Part shown: one piece after another, positions 17,824-25,468 of the stretch
How the letters are laid out: every line of letters starts with the position of its first letter
How positions within the stretch are numbered: the first letter of the stretch is position 1
DNA from: a virus
Reading direction: 5' to 3' (one strand)
DNA length: 46,896 bases
Virus record (IMG/VR): IMGVR_UViG_3300050505_000211
The notes under the pieces: generated by a model
What the model saw: the letters and a program-made list of their open reading frames with translations, nothing else
What the model was told of the DNA's origin: nothing
Database searches by the model: none
Translations under genes and position numbers: made by a program

Positions 17824-18708
17824 TTAAAAAAACTTGCCCTTGTTGTGGAATGTGTTCGTGTTAGGCCGCGTGCTTGGAAAGATGTCCGCAGTGATTGTAG
17901 CCAAATCGTTCTTCAGCTCTTGTCGCCTGTCCATGCCGAGGTCGTATTCGGGGGCGAGACGAATCGCCAGCTTGTAGATGAAATAGTCTTCCCACCCGAG
18001 AGGAAAGTCTGGATTGTCATACTGGCTGTCGAAGTCGTACAGAGGTCTGCGAAAGTGCACAACGAGAAGATCGCCGTTTGTGTATGCCGTGGCCGTTACC
18101 CAAGTGTCCGCTTGCTCTGGAGCCGAGGTGCCTGCCCGCCAAAAGATTTTCCAGCTGGCTCCGCTTCCCGGCTTGTTCTCGGAGCTACTTGTGTGCTTCA
18201 GCACACACGTGTACAGCACGCCGCCTTGGTAGACAGTGCTGCCGGATGTGACAGAAGCTGGAGCAGGCCAAATGTATAGAGTTTGATCGCTGAGCAGACG
18301 AGAACGCTTGAGATACACACGCTCGGGAGAGCCAGTGTCAGCTTTAATGACCAGCTGGTTATACTCCTCAGACTTAATGATGCGGAGAGGGTCGCTGTCG
18401 TCGCCATTCAGATTGCGAACGACAACAGTGACAAGTTCGCGGATTGCAGGAAGGTTTTGACTCTCGCCAAAGATGTACCGCTTCGCCACAAGAGGAAGGT
18501 ACACAACGTCCAGAGCCCACAAACTCTTTGCCAAGTCTGTTTGCTTTAGATCCTCTGTGCGGACGATGTTGTTCAGAGCCCTTATGGCGTCACGAAGCCG
18601 GTGTATTGGGGGATTGCCGTCTTCCGGCCACGCTCGGCATTTACGGAGAGCCGAAGCGATTATTTCGTTCCGCGTTAAGGCATGATCAGCAGTGCTGCCA
18701 ACGCTCAT
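17824..18708 (-). CDS. head-tail adaptor / tail tubular-A-like protein with CBM5/12-like insertion
   Basis: The pattern ...SEEYN...GSPERVYL...LYIWPAP... resembles podovirus adaptor proteins. Insert VYQGGVLYTCVLKHTSSSENKPGSGASWKIFW resembles chitin-binding CBM5/12. Confidence 0.45.
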   Translation of the reverse strand: MSVGSTADHALTRNEIIASALRKCRAWPEDGNPPIHRLRDAIRALNNIVRTEDLKQTDLAKSLWALDVVYLPLVAKRYIFGESQNLPAIRELVTVVVRNLNGDDSDPLRIIKSEEYNQLVIKADTGSPERVYLKRSRLLSDQTLYIWPAPASVTSGSTVYQGGVLYTCVLKHTSSSENKPGSGASWKIFWRAGTSAPEQADTWVTATAYTNGDLLVVHFRRPLYDFDSQYDNPDFPLGWEDYFIYKLAIRLAPEYDLGMDRRQELKNDLATITADIFPSTRPNTNTFHNKGKFF

Positions 18709-18717
18709 TGTGGTTCC

Positions 18718-19086
18718 TTATGTGTAGAGAAGGGTGAGAACAACGCTCGAGGACGGATTGCTCGTTCCAGCCGTACCGCCTGCCGTCACTGTGGCCTCAG
18801 TGAGTCCTGTGTCGAACGCGATTGTCTCAGGCAGGATGATCGTCAGCTTGGTGCTCGCAGGCACCTTGAAGATCCAATCGGGAGCTGTAGTACCCACTGT
18901 GACGGAGCCAGAAGCCGCGTCGTAGAGCTTCACAAAGGAAGCTGCCACGTTCGCGCTGTTATCTATAATGAGGGCGTACAGATTACCCGAGCTGCCCTTC
19001 ACGCCACTCTTTGTGGCATTGCTGGCGGTGTTCTTATAACGAAGCAGCCCACTAGGGGCATCAAAATCTACTTGTGATATTGCCAT
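18718..19086 (-). CDS. small beta-rich virion protein
   Basis: ATG at 19086 shares 1 nt with the upstream stop (TAATG). An alternative ATG lies at 19095. Confidence 0.6.
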   Translation of the reverse strand: MAISQVDFDAPSGLLRYKNTASNATKSGVKGSSGNLYALIIDNSANVAASFVKLYDAASGSVTVGTTAPDWIFKVPASTKLTIILPETIAFDTGLTEATVTAGGTAGTSNPSSSVVLTLLYT

Positions 19087-19526
19087 TACTGCCATTCTCC
19101 TGTTTCGATTTGCTTTGATATTCTTCGGGCTCGAGCACCAACTTGAGAATGCCAAAGACCAATAAGCACTTCTTGTGATGCCTCAACAAATTTCCCTTCG
19201 GCCATAAGCGCAAGAGTTTTGGGATTCTTTATAAGCAGCCGGGGCACTCCCATGTTATAAGCCATGTTCATCAGGGCTCCCAAACGCGCTTCGTCTAATC
19301 GGCTCGCCCACGGACAACGCTGCAACAGCTCCTTCAGGTAATTGTTCCACCGAAGATTAAAGATAAGTTCTATCTCTTCTAAGGAGAACCCTTCCTTCAG
19401 ATTGAAACCAATTCCGATCGTGGGGATGTTAAGCGTGTCATAATAGATCGTCAGCTTCACATCCTCATCGCGCTTAAGCTGCTTCTCGGATTCGGCGTAG
19501 AGGTTTTTAATTTCCATGTTACGCAC
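19086..19526 (-). CDS. GH24 (T4-type) lysozyme / endolysin
   Basis: RDEDVKLTIYYDTLNIPTIGIGFN matches the T4 lysozyme E...D...T catalytic region ([21 protein letters not shown]). Confidence 0.85.
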   Translation of the reverse strand: MRNMEIKNLYAESEKQLKRDEDVKLTIYYDTLNIPTIGIGFNLKEGFSLEEIELIFNLRWNNYLKELLQRCPWASRLDEARLGALMNMAYNMGVPRLLIKNPKTLALMAEGKFVEASQEVLIGLWHSQVGARARRISKQIETGEWQ

Positions 19527-19854
19527 TCGCAGGAATCACGGTGGCCTTCTGGTCGCAGTAGACGTATATCTTGCCGTGCGTGAGAGTGCTGATGATCAAA
19601 CCCTTCACTTGGAACGAGGGCACGAAATCAGTGTAGTCTTGTGGATACGTAGGCACTCCCGTGCCGGTGGCCGTGATGCGTGCTTCCCAAATCACCTTTC
19701 CCGCCGAGTCTTTCACTACAGCTTGGTCGCCGTCTGCAATGTCGTTGTTATAGTCCACCCATCGAATGTTGGTGATGGTGAGGTAGGAACTGACGGCCAC
19801 TGTAGCAGCTGCGGTGTCGAAGATGAGAGGATTCTGGTCAATTAAGTTGGACAT
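19519..19854 (-). CDS. small beta-rich protein (virion or glycosylation-associated?)
   Basis: 111-aa ORF overlapping both neighbours, immediately downstream of the sugar cassette. Confidence 0.6.
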   Translation of the reverse strand: MSNLIDQNPLIFDTAAATVAVSSYLTITNIRWVDYNNDIADGDQAVVKDSAGKVIWEARITATGTGVPTYPQDYTDFVPSFQVKGLIISTLTHGKIYVYCDQKATVIPASA

Positions 19855-20548
19855 TTCGTTCTCCTAAATATTTGATAACGTCTCTTGCGTTGAAGTTGGG
19901 ATGCAGAGTTTCGTAAATTTCTTTCGTGAGAGCAAAGTCTTCAGCAGTGTCTACCGATAAGCTTAGCCCAGGGGCTCGAATATCTTCAGGACACTGCAGG
20001 GTCCGCACTCTCGCATTCTCAAAGGCCCACTTGTGGGGATGCTCTCGTAGATCCTTGCGGGTGAGGCTTCTATCAAGCCACTGCAGAAACCTCACATCAT
20101 AAACCTCAGCACCAAAGCCTGCCGGATAACCATTTCCCAAAACGTCACGATCAAGGTTAGTGGTGAGAAAGTTCCAAACCCCAGGATCATAACTGTGATA
20201 AGAAACGATTCGCTCAACTTCATCACGATCGGTGAACGTGTTATCCCCAGGAATCCGCACCACAACATCAGCGTCCATAATGTCAGCCCCAATGCTAAAT
20301 CTGTGTACGACATCTTCAGGATCGCCTCGGTAGTCTAAAGTTTCGATGCCCAAGTCTCGGGCTGCGCCAAGCTGAATGCCGCCGTTGCTTTCGTGCGGGA
20401 TGGCCAGGAGAATGTCGTGGAAGCAACGCATTTTCTTGATGCGGGAGAGCACGTGCCAAATCTGCGGCTTTCCGAGGATGAGCATCCCGTTCTTGCCAGG
20501 GAGCCGACAGTTGCCCATTCGGGCTTGGACAATGCACACCGTCCTCAT
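19838..20548 (-). CDS. SpsF/COG1861-type cytidylyltransferase (CMP-nonulosonate synthetase-like)
   Basis: N-terminal IVQARMGNCRLPGKN...LGKP motif of the CTP_transf_3/SpsF family. ATGA overlap with the NeuB-like gene. Confidence 0.75.
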   Translation of the reverse strand: MRTVCIVQARMGNCRLPGKNGMLILGKPQIWHVLSRIKKMRCFHDILLAIPHESNGGIQLGAARDLGIETLDYRGDPEDVVHRFSIGADIMDADVVVRIPGDNTFTDRDEVERIVSYHSYDPGVWNFLTTNLDRDVLGNGYPAGFGAEVYDVRFLQWLDRSLTRKDLREHPHKWAFENARVRTLQCPEDIRAPGLSLSVDTAEDFALTKEIYETLHPNFNARDVIKYLGERNVQLN

Positions 20549-21438
20549 TTTAGGGGCTCCTGCTGTGCGCCGGTTAGGTTATTCTGTTTGCCCCGTAGCC
20601 TCTCTATGTCTTTCTTCTCGCACTCCTGCACTCGTATCTCGTCAGATCCTCTGGCCTGCTCGAAGGCGCGGATCTCGCGCACAAGGAGCTGGAGGCCGTG
20701 AGGTTCCACACTGGCCGCTTGATCAGAACCTTTCATGCTCCGGTCCAAGGTGATGTGCCTCTCGACAACCCTAGCCCCCATAGCCACAGCACAGAGAGTA
20801 GTCCACAATCCTGATTCATGTCCGCTGTAGCCGATCGCGGCTTCAGGGAAATTGTAGTGGAGCGTGTGAAGTCTCCGTAGATGCAAATCTTCGATCTTCG
20901 CGGGATATGTGCTCGTGCAGACGAGCATGGCTATCTCGTCTGTGCCTCGGCTGAGAATGCTGTACGCCTGGTGAATCTCTTTCAACGTGCTCATGCCGGT
21001 GCTCATCACCACTGGCTTCTTAAAGCTGGCAATGCATCTAAGCAGCTCGGGGTTCGTCACAGAGGCCGAAGCCACTTTGATGAACGGAGCACCGAGAGCG
21101 TCTAGCTTGTGAGAAGCGTTGATGTCCCAAGGAGAGGCCGAAAAGAGGATGTTCCGCTTCTCGCAATGCGCAACTATCTCCTGGTAATCTTGCGGAGACA
21201 GCTCGATGCGCTGTCTATATGCAAGATAGGTCATTCTCTCTCCCCAGGGCGTGTCGCGCTCCACGTCCCATAGCTCGGGCGGAAGGCTCATGTGTGGTGT
21301 GCGGATCTGAAACTTAGCTGCGTCACAGCCTGCACCAGCGGCCACATCAATCAGCTGCTTGGCAATGTCTACGCTGCCGTTGTGGTTTATGCCGATCTCC
21401 GCGATGATGAAGGTGTGGTTTTTAGGAAACTGAAACAT
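20545..21438 (-). CDS. NeuB/PseI/LegI-family nonulosonic acid synthase, lacking C-terminal SAF domain
   Basis: IIAEIGINHNGS, AAKFQ, GYSGHE and ERHITLDRSMKGSDQAASVEP match the NeuB TIM-barrel. The protein ends at 297 aa, before the usual SAF/antifreeze-like domain. Confidence 0.85.
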   Translation of the reverse strand: MFQFPKNHTFIIAEIGINHNGSVDIAKQLIDVAAGAGCDAAKFQIRTPHMSLPPELWDVERDTPWGERMTYLAYRQRIELSPQDYQEIVAHCEKRNILFSASPWDINASHKLDALGAPFIKVASASVTNPELLRCIASFKKPVVMSTGMSTLKEIHQAYSILSRGTDEIAMLVCTSTYPAKIEDLHLRRLHTLHYNFPEAAIGYSGHESGLWTTLCAVAMGARVVERHITLDRSMKGSDQAASVEPHGLQLLVREIRAFEQARGSDEIRVQECEKKDIERLRGKQNNLTGAQQEPLK

Positions 21439-23146
21439 CTTCAGCCTCCTCGTGGAACTGACAATCCCACATGTGTTTGATCAAGCTGTCTCCGTAAAAT
21501 TCAATGCTCTTCAAGCAGCCCATGCTGTGCCCAACAGAAATCATATCGAGCGTTTGATTTGCGAAGTCGATGAAGGAAGGCGTGGTGAGCACTGTTTCGC
21601 CTTTGATCTCCACTTCACAAAAGTTCTGCGGCAATGATGGGCCGGCGATGCCATCTGCATGTGTCTGCTTCTCGCTAGAGAACATCAGGTCGAGCCCGAA
21701 GACATGAAAGTTGTTGAAGCCAAGAGACATACCCACAGGAATGGTGCTGATCGCCACACTACCCCCACTATTGATAACCCCGTCAGTGGTGTAGCCATGC
21801 TTTTGGCGCAGCTCTTTCGTCTTAATGTTGTCCTGGCTGCTAAAAACGTAGCACTTATGGTCTTTAAGCTTCTCGAAGATGCTTGGCCGCGAGACAAGAG
21901 CCAAAATGTGTGTGGTGAGAGGGTGCGGCTTTTCAAAACACACTTCTTGCTCCACAGAGCAGTCCAAGCTGATCACGTATTCCGGCACGATGCCGTGCGA
22001 CAGGAGGAATGGGTACATGCGGGCAATGCAGATGATTGGCACCTTCGTGTTGTGCAGCTCTCGAATTGCCTCAAGCTGTCCATCCACGCTTGGTCCACCC
22101 CCCACGCAAATCACATCGCCGCTACTCTTGCCCCACAGCTCTGAAAGATCGGGATACTTCATCGACAAATTCTTATCGATGTTCTCGAATAGGAGCCGGC
22201 GAGGGAATTTGCACACGCCTCGGAAACGAGGCATCTTGCGTGCTTCATCCCCACGCTTGAACAAATGGTCCGTGATGTACTCCACCCACTCTTTCGGCTT
22301 GTCCACCTGAAAGTATTCAAACTTGTTGAGCGTCCAGAACGAATCGCATTCCTCATCTGAATAGTTTTCAGTGAAGCCTAGCTCTGTCATCACATACTCC
22401 AGCGTGCGCTGGCAAAACTGGTAGGTGTGGGCGATCTGAAAATACCAATCTATGTTGTTCCGAAAGAAACCTGGTGTATAGACGTACAGATGTGCATCAG
22501 GAGCCATAATCTCCTTAATGCGCTTCACTTCATTGAGGTCAGTGAAGTGTTCGATCACGTCCTTCAGGATGATGAAATCGGCCTTCACGCCTTTCGCAAT
22601 CAGCTCGTCAATGCTGTTGACAATCGTATGACCCTGCGCACTGCCATAGAGGGCCGCATCCACATCCCACTCCACGCCATACGTCTCAGCCCCTGCTTCC
22701 TTGAAGGGCTCAAGCATGCCGCCGACAAAGCAGCCGTAGTCCACCACCACCTTTGGTGTGGGAATGTCGAAATCGGCAAGCTGCTGCTGCAGCCTTCGTC
22801 CGTTGTGGCTCTGAATCCGGTAATGCGTGAAGAAATCGCCAGTCTCATCAGCCGTGGCCCAACTAGGGGCATAGTTGATGTAGCGGTATTCGTTATTATA
22901 AAACTTTTCGTACGATTCTTTGGTCATGCGCGGATTCGCACGCATGAGAGCGCACTCATTGCAAATGACATAGCGATGCGGAATGCCATTACGCTCCAAG
23001 AGCATTAGCTCTCGGTCATCATCTGCTCCACAGAAGCACTGCGTCTCTTCCATCGGGTACTCACCCGATTGAAGCTTGTTCGTTACCGATTGAATATACG
23101 AAAGGGCAAGATGGGCTCGCCCTTTCGCATCTTTTTTGTACTTCAT
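21422..23146 (-). CDS. fusion: zinc-ribbon + class I SAM methyltransferase + Maf/DUF115 (motility-accessory-factor-like glycosyltransferase)
   Basis: CFCG...CNEC. MTase motifs VVDYGCFVGGML and DFIILKDVIEHF. C-terminal ICVGGGPSVDG...VPEYVISLDC...NSGGSVA...FGLDLMF matches the MAF_flag10/DUF115 pattern. Confidence 0.7.
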   Translation of the reverse strand: MKYKKDAKGRAHLALSYIQSVTNKLQSGEYPMEETQCFCGADDDRELMLLERNGIPHRYVICNECALMRANPRMTKESYEKFYNNEYRYINYAPSWATADETGDFFTHYRIQSHNGRRLQQQLADFDIPTPKVVVDYGCFVGGMLEPFKEAGAETYGVEWDVDAALYGSAQGHTIVNSIDELIAKGVKADFIILKDVIEHFTDLNEVKRIKEIMAPDAHLYVYTPGFFRNNIDWYFQIAHTYQFCQRTLEYVMTELGFTENYSDEECDSFWTLNKFEYFQVDKPKEWVEYITDHLFKRGDEARKMPRFRGVCKFPRRLLFENIDKNLSMKYPDLSELWGKSSGDVICVGGGPSVDGQLEAIRELHNTKVPIICIARMYPFLLSHGIVPEYVISLDCSVEQEVCFEKPHPLTTHILALVSRPSIFEKLKDHKCYVFSSQDNIKTKELRQKHGYTTDGVINSGGSVAISTIPVGMSLGFNNFHVFGLDLMFSSEKQTHADGIAGPSLPQNFCEVEIKGETVLTTPSFIDFANQTLDMISVGHSMGCLKSIEFYGDSLIKHMWDCQFHEEAEDVSVS

Positions 23147-23164
23147 AACTCTCCGGTGTTATGT

Positions 23165-23983
23165 TTACAGGGCCGTGGTGACGGTGGGGTCCAAGAGGTA
23201 GGCTACGAACAGATATCCTTTGCCTCTCGCGTTGGTGCCGGTCATCGAAGCAGTGAGAGCAACAGCTCTTGCTACGGTGAGCACGGTGGCTGTCGGAGTG
23301 AAATACTTTTTCCTGGTAAACCATCCCATGACGGTTTGCGCAGAACTGGTATCCCAATCCGCCAACTGCACACCAGCAAACTGCGTGGCAAAGATTTTGC
23401 CCGTGGTGCTGTGCACTTTGATCTGCTTGTACCCAACAGACGACACGTTCAACAGCCGCGCAAAAGCGTCGCTGTCACCCGCGATGCCGATGTTGAGCAC
23501 GTTGTTATTTGTCGCAGCGCCGACGAAGGCCGTGGTGGTTTTCACCCACACGTCTTCAACGATCATCCCCTTACGGAGAGTGAAGCCTGTGCTTCTTTGC
23601 GCAGTGCTGGAGGCGCTATCGTTGATGCCAACGATAAGCGTGTAGCGATGCTCTTCGGGGTCAACGTCCACTCGCTTTTGAGACTGAGGAACGCCTTTCA
23701 AGAAGAATGCGCGTCCGCCGTTCGTGAGAACAGAGATGTCAACGCTCGTGACGGTTTGCTGCGTGAAGAAATTGATGACTCCATCGGTCATAGTGCGAGA
23801 GACGTAATCACCAAACTGCACCGCTTGGGTGAGAGCTGTAGCCGCCGCATTGTAGATGGTCTGTCGAGTGGGCGACCCGGGCTGATACACCTGATACGAA
23901 CCGGCATCGTCGTCGATGGCTTTCTTCGTACGGGTGTTGACGAGCTGAAGATAAAATTCCTTCAGCGAAACATTAGCTGCCAT
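23165..23983 (-). CDS. Ser/Thr-rich structural protein (capsid decoration or tail component?)
   Basis: 272-aa beta-rich ORF between the capsid genes and the sugar cassette. Good RBS (GGAAAAGGAA) upstream. Confidence 0.6.
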   Translation of the reverse strand: MAANVSLKEFYLQLVNTRTKKAIDDDAGSYQVYQPGSPTRQTIYNAAATALTQAVQFGDYVSRTMTDGVINFFTQQTVTSVDISVLTNGGRAFFLKGVPQSQKRVDVDPEEHRYTLIVGINDSASSTAQRSTGFTLRKGMIVEDVWVKTTTAFVGAATNNNVLNIGIAGDSDAFARLLNVSSVGYKQIKVHSTTGKIFATQFAGVQLADWDTSSAQTVMGWFTRKKYFTPTATVLTVARAVALTASMTGTNARGKGYLFVAYLLDPTVTTAL

Positions 23984-24058
23984 TATGAAATTCCTTTTCC
24001 CTGAGCTTGCTTACACAGCAGCCGGAAATAAATTCTCGGCCCTCTCAGCAAGGATATG

Positions 24059-24105
24059 GTGGGACGTTTAGCTTTTAACTTGCTGCCGGAGAACAGCCGT
24101 CCCAC
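24059..24105 (-). terminator. inverted repeat downstream of the capsid/88-aa genes (possible attenuator)
   Basis: gtgggacg (24059-24066) and cgtcccac (24098-24105) are perfect 8-bp arms within a 138-bp intergenic gap. Confidence 0.25.
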
Positions 24106-24121
24106 AAGACACTATCTCCGT

Positions 24122-24388
24122 TTACTTTTGCACCAAAGCGAGCCACATAATCACTTTATTGCTGCCGCCAGTGATCGTGAAGGTTGAACCTGATGTGGCA
24201 GAAATGTAGGTAGCTGTGGCGTCGTTCTGTGCAGTGACGAAAGCAGCAACGATCTTCTTAGCACCAGGGATGCTCACATCCTTGGTGGTGCCGGAGAGTG
24301 TCACAATACCCGTGTAGATGTCATAGGCATGTTGAGTGCCCACGTTCTCTACATGAGTGGCTGCAAGAGAAGAAATATCGAAAGCCAT
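24122..24388 (-). CDS. small beta-rich protein downstream of major capsid protein
   Basis: 88-aa ORF, RBS AAAGGAGA upstream, located in the structural operon. Confidence 0.65.
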   Translation of the reverse strand: MAFDISSLAATHVENVGTQHAYDIYTGIVTLSGTTKDVSIPGAKKIVAAFVTAQNDATATYISATSGSTFTITGGSNKVIMWLALVQK

Positions 24389-24412
24389 CTTAGTCTCCTT
24401 TCAAGCTACGGC

Positions 24413-25456
24413 TTAGTCCGCCACAGCTGATGCGAAGACGTGGACGACGCCGTTATCCTCTTGGGTGCTACGGTTGAACACGAGCTTCTGGATGCCTCTG
24501 ATTTCGTGCAGTTCGTAAGACACGTCATGCCCGAAGTCCGAAGGCTCTTCGTTGAACTTGGTGCGCTGGCCCCAACACACTGCAAGAGCCTGCGCTCCAA
24601 ACAGCAAGTTGTGGGAAACTTGAATCGTGCTGGAGATAAGCGGGAGCCGCTCATTCTCATAAATCAGCACGCCATCCCACGCTCCCTTGAAGGCAGAGCC
24701 CGAGAAGTACACAGAGCTGGTGCCAAGAGGAGTGAGGTTCAGCTCGCGGTTTTTGAAGGCCGCGTCTTTCTCAACGAGGTCGCGAGTGCTGTAGGTTTGA
24801 GCCCAAAGCACATACCATTGCTCATACTCTTTGCCGTTGACGATGCGGGTAGGACGGATCTTCGCAGTGGCGTTCACGGGGATGATCGCTTTGCGCTTGG
24901 CAATGCTGATCATGGCACCGGAAAGCATGTCGTTGGTCGCGTCTACGTTCGTGAGAGCAGTGGCGTGCGTGGCATTGTAGTTCGAATCTGCGATGCCGTA
25001 CAAATACCGGCCTTGCACACGTCCGCTGGACACGTCGCAAGCCGCAGTGATGACATCGTTGTCGAAGTCCACTGCAAACTCATCTTCCAACGCGCTCTTG
25101 CCTTCAGTGAGGACATTGAACATAACGCGTTTCTGCGTCATGGGAACGTCTTCGAACTTGATGGCTCGGCGCACGTTGTCGATGACGATGCGCTGGTTGT
25201 AGAAGGACAGTGCACCTTCGTTGCCGATCGCCTTTGCGTTTCCTGTCACCAATCCGCCCACCACACGACCACGCATACCGATCGTGACGGCGTCACCGGC
25301 TTTCTTCACGAGATCCTCTTTCACCTGGATTATCGCGTTGGTGTCAGTGCCCATGAATTTCTTGCACTGCAACATGCCGATGTATTCTTTGTAGATACTG
25401 TCTTCCCACTGCTCGGCGGTGAGACCGTTATCAGTGAGAACTTCGATGTAAGACAT
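24413..25456 (-). CDS. major capsid protein (HK97 fold, T7/N4-gp56-like)
   Basis: 347 aa directly after the scaffold gene. N-terminal W..SIYKEY...F.G and overall pattern resemble podovirus capsid families. Strong RBS GAGGA. Confidence 0.8.
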   Translation of the reverse strand: MSYIEVLTDNGLTAEQWEDSIYKEYIGMLQCKKFMGTDTNAIIQVKEDLVKKAGDAVTIGMRGRVVGGLVTGNAKAIGNEGALSFYNQRIVIDNVRRAIKFEDVPMTQKRVMFNVLTEGKSALEDEFAVDFDNDVITAACDVSSGRVQGRYLYGIADSNYNATHATALTNVDATNDMLSGAMISIAKRKAIIPVNATAKIRPTRIVNGKEYEQWYVLWAQTYSTRDLVEKDAAFKNRELNLTPLGTSSVYFSGSAFKGAWDGVLIYENERLPLISSTIQVSHNLLFGAQALAVCWGQRTKFNEEPSDFGHDVSYELHEIRGIQKLVFNRSTQEDNGVVHVFASAVAD

Positions 25457-25468
25457 TGAAAATTCCTC

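Noticed and set aside
24440-25459. 339-aa plus-strand ORF antisense to the major capsid gene. Similar long antisense ORFs occur at 23069-24004, 29079-30119, 9650-10369, 377-1132, 42378-42986 and 43164-43817.
   Set aside because: They mirror well-supported genes on the other strand. They lack RBS and coupling signals and have low-complexity, Arg/His/Val-rich composition typical of antisense frames of GC3-biased genes.
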